33,226 bases of DNA from positions 5,217 through 38,442 of the forward strand of contig JAHDCM010000001.1 of assembly GCA_020629895.1 (NCBI GenBank), given 5' to 3'. Shown here piece by piece: positions 1-7,922 of this stretch. Under the pieces are notes generated by a model, which was not told the origin of the DNA, ran no database searches, and saw only the letters and a program-made list of their open reading frames with translations. Position 1 is the stretch's first letter, and each line of letters begins with the position of its first letter. The stretch comes from Bacteroidota bacterium. GTDB taxonomy: Bacteria > Bacteroidota > Bacteroidia > Chitinophagales > UBA2359. Position numbers and translations under genes: made by a program.

Positions 1-2
1 TC

Positions 3-182
3 TCATTAGTAGCTCTAGGATTACACCTACAACATGGCTTTCAAAGTGCCTTCCGTACTTTAGGACTAGCCCACAAAAAATATACACCTATTATTTCAGG
101 AGTTGGTTTAGCATACTCCATCTTGGTACCAATTGGCTTTGCCATTCAACCATTGTATATCCTCTTCCAATCTATGCAATAA
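3..182 (+). CDS. sdhC: succinate dehydrogenase/fumarate reductase cytochrome b subunit, C-terminal fragment (5' end lies outside the window)
   Basis: Frame 3 is open from the window edge to TAA at 180-182. It reads SLVALGLHLQHGFQSAFRTLGLAHKKYTPIISGVGLAYSILVPIGFAIQPLYILFQSMQ*, with a hydrophobic membrane-like tail and His residues. It lies directly upstream of sdhA/sdhB, as in sdhCAB operons. Confidence 0.6.
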   Translation, partial: SLVALGLHLQHGFQSAFRTLGLAHKKYTPIISGVGLAYSILVPIGFAIQPLYILFQSMQ

Positions 183-273
183 TTAAGCGGAAGAAGTTCC
201 ATGCACGATGCGTCTTTACAACAATAAGACGCCATTCTATCTAATTAACAGTTCATTCTTTATATAGACAAGT

Positions 274-2196
274 ATGAGTTTAGATTCAAAAGTCCCCAAG
301 GGCGAACTAGCCAATAAATGGACCGACTATAAATCGAAAGTGCCATTAGTAGCACCCAATAATAAGCGTCGTATTGATGTCATTGTGGTAGGAAGTGGAC
401 TAGCAGGAGGAGCCGCTGCGGCAACAATGGGAGAATTAGGCTATAATGTGAAATGTTTTTGCTTCCAAGATTCCCCAAGACGCGCTCATAGTATTGCGGC
501 TCAAGGAGGAATCAATGCTGCTAAAAACTATCAAAACGATGGAGATAGTGTGTACCGCCTTTTCTATGATACCATTAAAGGAGGGGACTACCGTTCCAGA
601 GAGTCCAATGTACATCGCCTAGCAGAAGTGAGTGCCAATATCATTGATCAATGTGTTGCACAAGGCGTACCTTTTGCCCGCGATTATGGAGGCTTACTTG
701 CCAACCGTTCCTTTGGAGGGGTACAAGTATCTCGTACTTTTTATGCTAGAGGACAAACAGGACAGCAATTATTACTAGGAGCATATAGCGCATTGAGTCG
801 TCAAATCCATAAGAAAACGGTAACGATGTACAACCGCCACGAAATGCTGGATGTCGTTATTGTTGATGGAAAAGCACGAGGAATCATCACGCGTAATCTG
901 ATTACAGGTGAAATCGAAAGCCATGCTGCCCATGCTGTCGTACTAGCTACGGGTGGTTATGGAAACGTATTCTTCCTTTCTACCAATGCAATGGGATCAA
1001 ACGTTACTGCTGCTTGGAAAGCACACAGAAGAGGAGCTTATTTCGCCAACCCTTGTTTTACCCAAATTCACCCTACCTGTATCCCTGTATCAGGAGAATA
1101 TCAATCCAAACTCACCCTCATGAGCGAGAGTTTGAGAAACGATGGACGGGTATGGGTACCTAAACGAAAAGAAGACCGACTAAAAAATCCATTAGAAATA
1201 AAAGAAGAAGATCGCGACTATTACCTAGAACGCATCTATCCTGCCTTTGGAAACCTCGTACCACGTGACGTAGCTTCCAGAGCGGCAAAATATATGACCG
1301 ATCAAGGAAAAAGTGTCATCGAACACGGAAATGCGGTCTATCTTGACTTTGCTTCAGCAATCGAACGTTTAGGAGAAGATACGGTGCGTGAACGATATAG
1401 CAACCTCTTCGACATGTACGAGCGTATCACTGATGAAAACCCATACAAAGTGCCGATGAAAATCTTTCCAGCCGTACACTATACAATGGGCGGTTTATGG
1501 GTGGACTACGAACTAAATACATCTGTACCAGGCTTATTTGCTGTTGGAGAAGCCAACTTCTCCGATCACGGAGCCAATCGACTCGGCGCATCTGCCCTTA
1601 TGCAGGGGTTAGCCGATGGGTATTTTGTCTTACCTGTTACCATTGGTAGTTTCCTTTCCAAAGAAATTCGTACTCCTAAAATTTCTAACGATTTACCAGA
1701 GTTCAAACAAGCAGAAAAAGCCGTTAAAGAACGACTCAATAAACTCATCAGTATTCAAGGAAACCGTTCCGTAGATTCTTTCCACATGGAGCTTGGAAAA
1801 ATTATGTGGGACAATTGCGGAATGGCACGTAATGAAAAAGGATTGAAAAGTGCCATCACAAAAATCCAAAAACTACGCGAAGAATTCTGGAAAGATGTTT
1901 ATATCCCTGGGAAATTGAATGAGCTAAACCCAGAACTAGAAAAAGCAGGGCGTGTTGCCGATTTCCTAGAACTAGGCGAATTAATGTGTCAAGATGCGCT
2001 TGATCGTAACGAATCTTGTGGAGGACATTTCCGCGAAGAATACCGTACCCCCGAAGGAGAAGCTGCTAGGGATGATGAAAATTATACCTACGTGGCAGCT
2101 TGGGAATACAATACCAACAATGTCTCGGCTCCTAAACTACATAAAGAAAACCTCGTTTTTGACAATGTAGAACTTAAAACTAGAAGTTATAAATAG
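274..2196 (+). CDS. sdhA: succinate dehydrogenase/fumarate reductase flavoprotein subunit
   Basis: 640-aa ATG ORF. N-terminal FAD fold [12 protein letters not shown], covalent-FAD His context [14 protein letters not shown], and the C-terminal [11 protein letters not shown] motif typical of the Bacillus/Bacteroidota-type flavoprotein. Confidence 0.96.
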   Translation: MSLDSKVPKGELANKWTDYKSKVPLVAPNNKRRIDVIVVGSGLAGGAAAATMGELGYNVKCFCFQDSPRRAHSIAAQGGINAAKNYQNDGDSVYRLFYDTIKGGDYRSRESNVHRLAEVSANIIDQCVAQGVPFARDYGGLLANRSFGGVQVSRTFYARGQTGQQLLLGAYSALSRQIHKKTVTMYNRHEMLDVVIVDGKARGIITRNLITGEIESHAAHAVVLATGGYGNVFFLSTNAMGSNVTAAWKAHRRGAYFANPCFTQIHPTCIPVSGEYQSKLTLMSESLRNDGRVWVPKRKEDRLKNPLEIKEEDRDYYLERIYPAFGNLVPRDVASRAAKYMTDQGKSVIEHGNAVYLDFASAIERLGEDTVRERYSNLFDMYERITDENPYKVPMKIFPAVHYTMGGLWVDYELNTSVPGLFAVGEANFSDHGANRLGASALMQGLADGYFVLPVTIGSFLSKEIRTPKISNDLPEFKQAEKAVKERLNKLISIQGNRSVDSFHMELGKIMWDNCGMARNEKGLKSAITKIQKLREEFWKDVYIPGKLNELNPELEKAGRVADFLELGELMCQDALDRNESCGGHFREEYRTPEGEAARDDENYTYVAAWEYNTNNVSAPKLHKENLVFDNVELKTRSYK

Positions 2197-2250
2197 ACAG
2201 GAAATAACTCGTTTATGCTTGTTTTGTTTCCTCATCAAATATCGTAAGCT

Positions 2251-3012
2251 ATGAAACTTACACTAAAAGTTTGGCGTCAAAGAAATAGCCAAGATAAAGG
2301 CAAAATGGAGACTTATCAACTCAATGAGGTCTCACCAGATATGTCTTTCTTAGAAATGATGGATGTGCTAAATGCACAGCTAATTGGAGAAAAGAAAGAA
2401 CCCGTTGCCTTTGACCACGATTGTCGAGAGGGTATTTGTGGTATGTGTAGTATGTATATCAACGGACAACCGCATGGCCCCGTACAAGGAATTACTACCT
2501 GTCAATTACACATGCGTTCCTTCAAAGATGGAGATACGATTTATATTGAACCCTGGAGAGCGCAAGCTTTCCCAGTTATCAAAGATTTAGTCGTTGATCG
2601 TAGTGCTTTTGATACCATTATTCAGTCAGGTGGATATATTTCTGTAAGTACAGGTAATGCAGTTGATGGTAACTCGCTACCTATCGAAAAAGGCTTGGCA
2701 AATGAAGTAATGGATGCTGCTGTTTGTATTGGTTGTGGAGCTTGCGTCGCTGCGTGTAAAAATTCATCAGCCATGCTATTTTTAAGTGCTAAAGCTGCCC
2801 ATCTCAATATGCTGCCACAAGGACAGGTCGAATCAAATCGTCGAGTACTGAATATGATGGATGCACACGATGATGCTGGTTTCGGAAGTTGTACCAATAC
2901 TGGTGCCTGTTCTGCCGAATGCCCCAAAGGTATTTCACTAAGCTATATTGCACGCTTCAATCGAGATTATATGAAGGCGTCAATTGCTTCAGAAGAAACG
3001 ACAGATTCATAA
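2251..3012 (+). CDS. sdhB: succinate dehydrogenase/fumarate reductase iron-sulfur subunit
   Basis: 253-aa ORF with three Cys clusters: [11 protein letters not shown] (2Fe-2S), [11 protein letters not shown] (4Fe-4S) and [12 protein letters not shown] (3Fe-4S). Immediately follows sdhA. Confidence 0.96.
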   Translation: MKLTLKVWRQRNSQDKGKMETYQLNEVSPDMSFLEMMDVLNAQLIGEKKEPVAFDHDCREGICGMCSMYINGQPHGPVQGITTCQLHMRSFKDGDTIYIEPWRAQAFPVIKDLVVDRSAFDTIIQSGGYISVSTGNAVDGNSLPIEKGLANEVMDAAVCIGCGACVAACKNSSAMLFLSAKAAHLNMLPQGQVESNRRVLNMMDAHDDAGFGSCTNTGACSAECPKGISLSYIARFNRDYMKASIASEETTDS

Positions 3013-3034
3013 TAGTTGGGTGTACGCTCAATCT

Positions 3035-3202
3035 CTCAGGAATGATGAAAAAATAAATTTACAATTATTTGGGTAGATTATTTTTGTTCCTGGCAAGGCA
3101 GAAAACGTAGCCATAGCCAAAGCTACGGCGAGGCTTTCTAACACAGCTAGGGACAAAAAGAAGCAGTCAAAATTGTAAATTTATTTCGTCTTCATTCCTC
3201 AG
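3035..3202 (+). repeat. Family-A structured repeat, copy A1 (long imperfect hairpin with conserved asymmetric apex)
   Basis: Outer arms ctcaggaatgatgaaaaaataaatttacaatt (3035-3066) and aattgtaaatttatttcgtcttcattcctcag (3171-3202) pair at 27 of 32 positions. Inner stem 3081-3094 pairs with 3146-3159. The apex carries GGCGAGGCTTTCTAAC (3127-3142), shared with copies at 26502-26736 and 29590-29751. Starts 23 nt after the sdhB stop. Confidence 0.8.
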
Positions 3203-3225
3203 TCACCCAAGCATCTTTACTTAGT

Positions 3226-3438
3226 TGGGCGTGTCCCCATTTTGTTGAAAAAGATGCCGCCAGCGTCTCGCTGGTAGCATCTTTTTCAACAAAATGGGGT
3301 CGGGCTATCCGCTTGTAGTTGCCTCGTAGAAAAGGTGTTTGGCTATTTTTGCTGGCAGTGTCTTCCTTCGTCAGCCCTGCCAGCAAAAGCCGCTCTACCT
3401 TTCTACTTCACCAAGCTACCGCTACTATCCCTCACGCA
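3226..3438 (-). repeat. Family-B structured repeat, copy B1 (candidate ncRNA or MITE-like element)
   Basis: The reverse complement aligns block-for-block with 7001-7218, 21920-22162(rc) and 29405-29558. Shared blocks: GCGTGAGGGATAGTAGYGGTAGCTTG ... stem-GGCTGACGAAGGAAGACA-stem ... CAACTACAARCGRATAGCCCGAC ... variable hairpin ... CACGCCC. The 12-bp stem 3347-3358/3377-3388 encloses the invariant loop (3359-3376). A near-perfect 65-nt hairpin lies at 3235-3299. Confidence 0.85.
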
Positions 3439-3489
3439 AGTCACACATCCTACACACAATAGTATCTAGCATTTAATCGTTGCAATTTA

Positions 3490-6240
3490 ATGAAACGGTT
3501 TTATTTTTATTCTTTATTGTTACTATCTATTAGTATCCTTTCTAGTCTAACCGCTTGGGCAACTCACAACCGGGCAGGAGAGATTTCCTATTTCAGTGAA
3601 CCACTGCCAGACGATCCTTACCGATATAGATTCCGAGTGACAACTTACACCAAAACAGGTGGCGAAAGCGATGCCGCTGATCGCGATAGTTTAGATGTTG
3701 ACTTTGGTGATGGAACGCCTATTGTATCGGTACCACGTATCAATGGAACAGGAAGCCCGCCTAGAGGGAGTATCATTCCAGGAACAAATATCAAATACAA
3801 TGTGTATGAGATTTATCACTCGTATGCAGCTCCATTCGACTATTTAGTGTCGATGCAAGACCCTAACCGAATCGACGAAATTATTAATATCAGTAATTCA
3901 GTAGATGTTCCCTTTTATATTGATGCAATGGTGCGAGTACGTAGCCCACAATTTTTAGGATTTAACAGTTCGCCTGTTCTTTTCCAGCCTCCCATTGATT
4001 ATGGAAATGTTGGCTCCACTTTTATCCATAATCCCAATGCCTTTGATGCAGACGGAGATAGTCTTTATTTTGAATTAATTCCACCACGAGCAGATCGAAA
4101 TACCAATGTGCCATTTTTTGCACTTCCCGATGCCTTCCCGCCTGGGCCAGAAAATGATATTTTTTTAGACCCCGCCACAGGAGAGTTTACTTGGGAAACA
4201 CCACAAACACCAGGTATTTATAATATCGCATTTTTAATCACTGAGTTTCGAAACGGTTTAGAGATTGGAAATGTAGTGCGAGATATGCAAATTATTGTCG
4301 AAGATGTAGATAACCGTCCACCAGTAGTAGAAGAGCTAATAGATACCTGTGTAACAGTAGGAGATACCCTAGTAATAGAAGCAGTTGCTTCTGATCCAGA
4401 TAGAGGACAATCAGTAACCATCAGTGCCTTCGGTGGCCCCTTAGAAATGAATACAAATCCTGCCTTATTTCCCATTCAAATATCACAAGATACAGTACGC
4501 TCTACTTTTAGATGGGCAACAATTTGTGATCATATATATAGTGAAGAATATACGGTTGTGATTAAGGCAGAAGATGATTTTGTAAAAACAACTCCTCCCA
4601 ACCGAGGCCCATTACCACTAGCAGATTTAGAAACTTGGCAAATTACGATTGCACCACCCCCCCCCAAAGAACTAAGTGCGGAGGTAGTAGGAGGGGATAT
4701 TTCGCTGATATGGAATGTCAATGTGGCTTATCCGTGCCAAGATAGTGATAAATTTATGGGCTTTTCGATCTGGAGAAGTATCGGCTGTGATAGCCTTACC
4801 TTTGATGGTTGTCAGTTGGGCTTAGAAGGCACCTCCTACGTAAAAATTGCGGATGGGATTATGGGAAATACTTTTGTAGATGAACAAGCCTCTGAAGGAA
4901 TTGTCTATTCTTATCGAGTTATTGCCGAATTTGCAGATGCATTTACAGGTGGAGGAACACCACTCAATGTATCTGAAAGTGTCCCTTCTTTGAATACCTG
5001 TTTAGAATTACCTAAAGATGCGCCTATTATTACACATGTTAGTGTAGAAGCAACCGCAGCAAGTGATGGCCGTATATATGTGGATTGGTCAAAACCTATT
5101 GCAGAGGCTTTAGATACCTTATTAAATGCTGGCCCTTATCGCTATGAACTATATCGCGCGGAGGGAATAGGAGGTTCAAACTTTGAGTTAGTAACTGCTT
5201 GGGATTATGATTTCTTTTATCAGGCAAATGATACCACTTATGTAGATCAAGTAAGTACTTTAAATACCCAAGAATTTGCTTATACTTATAAAATAGCTTT
5301 TTATTCTAAAGGCGAATTGATAGATGAAACAGCTAGTGCTTCATCAGTATTTTTATCTATTCTATCTGCTGATAATGCCTTAGATTTATCTTGGGATTTT
5401 TCAGTCCCCTGGATCAATAACTCCTACGATATTTATCGACAAAATCAACAAGGTACTTTCGATTCGATTGCCACGGTGGAAGGGCAAACAACTTTTCGAG
5501 ATACAGGACTTGCCAATGGACAACGTTACTGTTATTATATCAAAGCAGTAGGTACTTATTCTTCAAATGGCTTGCCCGATCCCTTAATCAATCTCTCACA
5601 AGAAAGCTGTGGAACACCTATTGATACCATACCTCCTTGCGCACCTGTTTTGACGGTTAGAAATGCTTGTGATGAAGGGATAGACCCTGATGTTGAATTT
5701 AATAATGAAATAAATTGGAACAATCCTAACAATATTTGTGCAGATGATGTGGTCGCTTATAATATCTATTATTCCGAATCAGAAGGAGGAGATCAAACTT
5801 TAATTGGTACAGTAGAAGGAGCAGATAATACAAACTTCTCGCATGCTTTAGAAGGAACATTGGCGGGGTGCTACCAAGTAAGTGCGATAGACTCTTTTCA
5901 AAATGAAAGTATTTTGAGTAATATTGAGTGTAAAGAGAATTGTTTGTCTTATGAATTGCCCAACACCTTTACTCCTAATGCTGATGAGTTAAATGATTTG
6001 TTTGTACCTCGAAAGGCGATATTTGTAAGTAGTGTGGATATGAAGATATTTAATCGCTGGGGAGAATTGGTGTTTGAAACCAATGACCCACTTATTAATT
6101 GGGATGGTACTGATATACAATCAGGTGAACCATTGGCTGAAGGGACTTATTATTATGTATGCGATGTACTAGAGGAGACGATTGAAGGCTTAGTAGTGGT
6201 AGGAGAGACTTTGAAAGGATATGTTTATATTGTTAGATAA
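3490..6240 (+). CDS. T9SS type-B sorting domain (gliding-motility-associated C-terminal domain) surface protein with FN3-like and cadherin-like repeats
   Basis: 916-aa ORF. Signal peptide MKRFYFYSLLLLSISILSSLTAWA. The C-terminal ~90 aa (ELPNTFTPNADELNDLFVPRK...MKIFNRWGELVFE...WDGTD...GTYYYV) match, from memory, the Bac_Flav_CTERM / T9SS type-B CTD family. DADGDSL and DPDRGQS Ca-binding-like motifs. Repeated FN3-type strands YSYRVIA, YTYKIAF, YCYYIKAVG and CYQVSAID. Confidence 0.85.
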   Translation: MKRFYFYSLLLLSISILSSLTAWATHNRAGEISYFSEPLPDDPYRYRFRVTTYTKTGGESDAADRDSLDVDFGDGTPIVSVPRINGTGSPPRGSIIPGTNIKYNVYEIYHSYAAPFDYLVSMQDPNRIDEIINISNSVDVPFYIDAMVRVRSPQFLGFNSSPVLFQPPIDYGNVGSTFIHNPNAFDADGDSLYFELIPPRADRNTNVPFFALPDAFPPGPENDIFLDPATGEFTWETPQTPGIYNIAFLITEFRNGLEIGNVVRDMQIIVEDVDNRPPVVEELIDTCVTVGDTLVIEAVASDPDRGQSVTISAFGGPLEMNTNPALFPIQISQDTVRSTFRWATICDHIYSEEYTVVIKAEDDFVKTTPPNRGPLPLADLETWQITIAPPPPKELSAEVVGGDISLIWNVNVAYPCQDSDKFMGFSIWRSIGCDSLTFDGCQLGLEGTSYVKIADGIMGNTFVDEQASEGIVYSYRVIAEFADAFTGGGTPLNVSESVPSLNTCLELPKDAPIITHVSVEATAASDGRIYVDWSKPIAEALDTLLNAGPYRYELYRAEGIGGSNFELVTAWDYDFFYQANDTTYVDQVSTLNTQEFAYTYKIAFYSKGELIDETASASSVFLSILSADNALDLSWDFSVPWINNSYDIYRQNQQGTFDSIATVEGQTTFRDTGLANGQRYCYYIKAVGTYSSNGLPDPLINLSQESCGTPIDTIPPCAPVLTVRNACDEGIDPDVEFNNEINWNNPNNICADDVVAYNIYYSESEGGDQTLIGTVEGADNTNFSHALEGTLAGCYQVSAIDSFQNESILSNIECKENCLSYELPNTFTPNADELNDLFVPRKAIFVSSVDMKIFNRWGELVFETNDPLINWDGTDIQSGEPLAEGTYYYVCDVLEETIEGLVVVGETLKGYVYIVR
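4657..4665 (+). repeat. C9 homopolymer inside the T9SS cargo gene (encodes part of APPPPK)
   Basis: Nine consecutive C read directly at 4657-4665 (gcaccaCCCCCCCCCaaagaa). Confidence 0.95.
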
Positions 6241-6358
6241 TTTTAGTCAATAGTTCATAGTTGTCAGTCGATAGATAAGGTCGGTCTTTTTATTGGGAGA
6301 TGTGACTGATACCATCGAAATTTCGGACTATGGACGGCTAAATTTAAATATAAAGACT

Positions 6359-6976
6359 ATGTTTACAGGAATCATCGAAACACTCGGTACGATTCAGAAA
6401 ATAGAGAAAGAGGGGACTAATTTACATTTCACAATTGCCTCTAGTATTTCTAATGAATTGAAAATTGACCAAAGTATTGCCCATAATGGTGTTTGCTTAA
6501 CAGTGGTAGCTCAAGAGGGAGATACACATGTTGTAACTGCGATAGAAGAGACATTGGTTCGTTCTAGTTTAGGACAATTAAAAGAGGGAAGTGTTGTAAA
6601 TTTGGAGCGATGTATGAAAGCAAGTGATCGTGTAGATGGACACTTTGTACAAGGACATGTGGATCAAACAGGTGTTTGTAAACAAGTAGAAGAACGCAAC
6701 GGTAGTTGGTACTTTTATTTTACTTTTGAACAAAAAGAACATGTAGTTGTGGAGAAAGGTTCTATCACGATTGATGGAACTAGCTTAACAGTTGTAGAGG
6801 CAAAAGAGGGGGCTTTATCTGTTGCAATTATTCCATATACCTATGAACATACGGTTTTCCATAGTTATGAAGTAGGTTCGATTGTGAATCTTGAATTTGA
6901 TATAATTGGAAAATACATCACCCGTTTATTTGAACGGCAACAAAAGGTCGTATCAAAGTACTCTCGTCGCACGTAA
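6359..6976 (+). CDS. ribE: riboflavin synthase (alpha chain)
   Basis: The canonical N-terminus MFTGIIETLGTI starts at ATG 6359. The track ORF starts 22 codons earlier at TTG 6293, which is probably not used. Internal duplication with a second lumazine-binding repeat (DGHFVQGHVD..., ITIDGTSLTV). Confidence 0.9.
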   Translation: MFTGIIETLGTIQKIEKEGTNLHFTIASSISNELKIDQSIAHNGVCLTVVAQEGDTHVVTAIEETLVRSSLGQLKEGSVVNLERCMKASDRVDGHFVQGHVDQTGVCKQVEERNGSWYFYFTFEQKEHVVVEKGSITIDGTSLTVVEAKEGALSVAIIPYTYEHTVFHSYEVGSIVNLEFDIIGKYITRLFERQQKVVSKYSRRT

Positions 6977-7000
6977 ATCGTGAATCGTTCAAACGTTTTC

Positions 7001-7218
7001 GCGTGAGGGATAGTAGTGGTAGCTTGATGAAGTAGAAATATAACTGAGGCTTCCCTTAGCAGGGCTGACGAAGGAAGACACTGCTAGGGGATGTAGCCGA
7101 ATATATTTTCTACGAAGCAACTACAAACGAATAGCCCGACGTGTATAAAAAAAGCGCAATCATAGCGGCAACAAAATACTGCCACTATGATTGCGCTTTT
7201 TTTATACACGGCACGCCC
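7001..7218 (+). repeat. Family-B structured repeat, copy B2
   Basis: Same blocks as B1. Terminal pairing GCGTG (7001-7005) with CACGC (7212-7216). Invariant loop at 7063-7080. The variable slot holds an unrelated 30-bp hairpin, 7141-7170 pairing with 7180-7209, with one C.A mismatch. Confidence 0.85.
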
Positions 7219-7298
7219 TAATAAATAGGGAGATATTTGGGGAGAAATATATAAGGGGATTGACGAATTAAATTTTTTTTCAACTTCTTGGAAGGGAG

Positions 7299-7330
7299 TT
7301 TGCGATTTCTCATTTTTATTTATATCTTTG
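7299..7330 (+). promoter_or_regulatory. candidate Bacteroidota sigma-A promoter (distal) upstream of rpsL
   Basis: TTTG at 7299-7302, a 20-nt spacer, then TATCTTTG (TAnnTTTG) at 7323-7330. About 190 nt upstream of the rpsL ATG. Confidence 0.5.
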
Positions 7331-7484
7331 CACTCGCTTTTCGGGTTAGATGTAATTTCCTTATACTATATATACCTGGAGTTTAGGGAGTTTTGTAGCA
7401 ATAAGCACCACCTAATATTTTGCATCTATACTATTTAATTTAATTAAAATAAGCTGTACACTAGTTATTCTAGTGTCAATTTTC

Positions 7485-7492
7485 TATCTTTG
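7485..7492 (+). promoter_or_regulatory. candidate -7 box (proximal) upstream of rpsL
   Basis: A second TATCTTTG followed by CAACTC, 28 nt before the rpsL ATG. No clear -33 TTTG. Preceded by the hairpin acactag/ctagtgt at 7459-7477. Confidence 0.35.
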
Positions 7493-7519
7493 CAACTCTA
7501 AAAAATCAAAGGAAGAATA

Positions 7520-7894
7520 ATGCCTACTATTCAGCAATTAGTCCGCAAAGGACGAGTATTACAGAAATCAGTCTCTAAGTCAAGAGCCTTAGACCGTTGT
7601 CCGCAACGAAGAGGGGTTTGTACGAGAGTATATACCACTACGCCAAAGAAGCCTAATTCGGCTCTTCGAAAGGTTGCAAAGGTGCGTTTGACCAATGGAG
7701 TAGAGGTGATTGCCTATATTCCTGGTGAGGGACATAACTTGCAGGAACACTCTATCGTATTGATTCGTGGAGGTCGTGTGAAGGATTTGCCAGGGGTGCG
7801 TTACACAATTGTACGAGGTACCTTAGATACGGCAGGTGTGGAGAACAGAAAGCAAGGGAGATCGAAATATGGTACGAAAAGACCAAAGAAATAA
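7520..7894 (+). CDS. rpsL: 30S ribosomal protein S12
   Basis: [12 protein letters not shown]... and [15 protein letters not shown] hallmarks. Heads the str-type cluster. Confidence 0.98.
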   Translation: MPTIQQLVRKGRVLQKSVSKSRALDRCPQRRGVCTRVYTTTPKKPNSALRKVAKVRLTNGVEVIAYIPGEGHNLQEHSIVLIRGGRVKDLPGVRYTIVRGTLDTAGVENRKQGRSKYGTKRPKK

Positions 7895-7922
7895 AAGTAA
7901 ACCATTAATATTTATTTAAGAC

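Noticed and set aside
3359-3376. The invariant loop contains CUGACGA, which fits the hammerhead CUGANGA core. GAAGGAAG also resembles the SRP RNA GGAAGGAAGCAGC region.
   Set aside because: There is no helix II hairpin followed by GAAA, and no helix III or cleavage-site arrangement after CUGACGA. The SRP-like resemblance is only a short purine run without the surrounding helix-8 pairing. The element is also present in four copies.
3192-3386. A minus-strand 64-aa ORF here and a 68-aa ORF at 21912-22118(-) share the peptide segments AGLTKEDTA...TPFLR.NYKRIARP, which could suggest a conserved small protein.
   Set aside because: Both ORFs lie inside Family-B repeats, so the similarity is nucleotide conservation. 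In copy B2 the same frame has no start codon and is bounded by TAA. In B4 it is broken by TAG and TGA between the two segments. Variation between copies follows helix complementarity, not codon third positions.
6293-6358. N-terminal extensions from non-ATG track starts: ribE at TTG 6293, rplD at TTG 11500 and rplF at TTG 18091.
   Set aside because: In each case a downstream ATG gives the canonical family N-terminus (MFTGIIETLG, MKLDVLNQ, MSRIGKLPI). The extensions have no family resemblance and overlap the upstream gene or spacer.
6241-6358. Possible FMN riboswitch upstream of riboflavin synthase.
   Set aside because: No FMN-aptamer conserved core is visible (no GGGCGGGG...CCCACCGGCGGTAA-like segments). 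There are only small palindromes such as cgaaatttcg.
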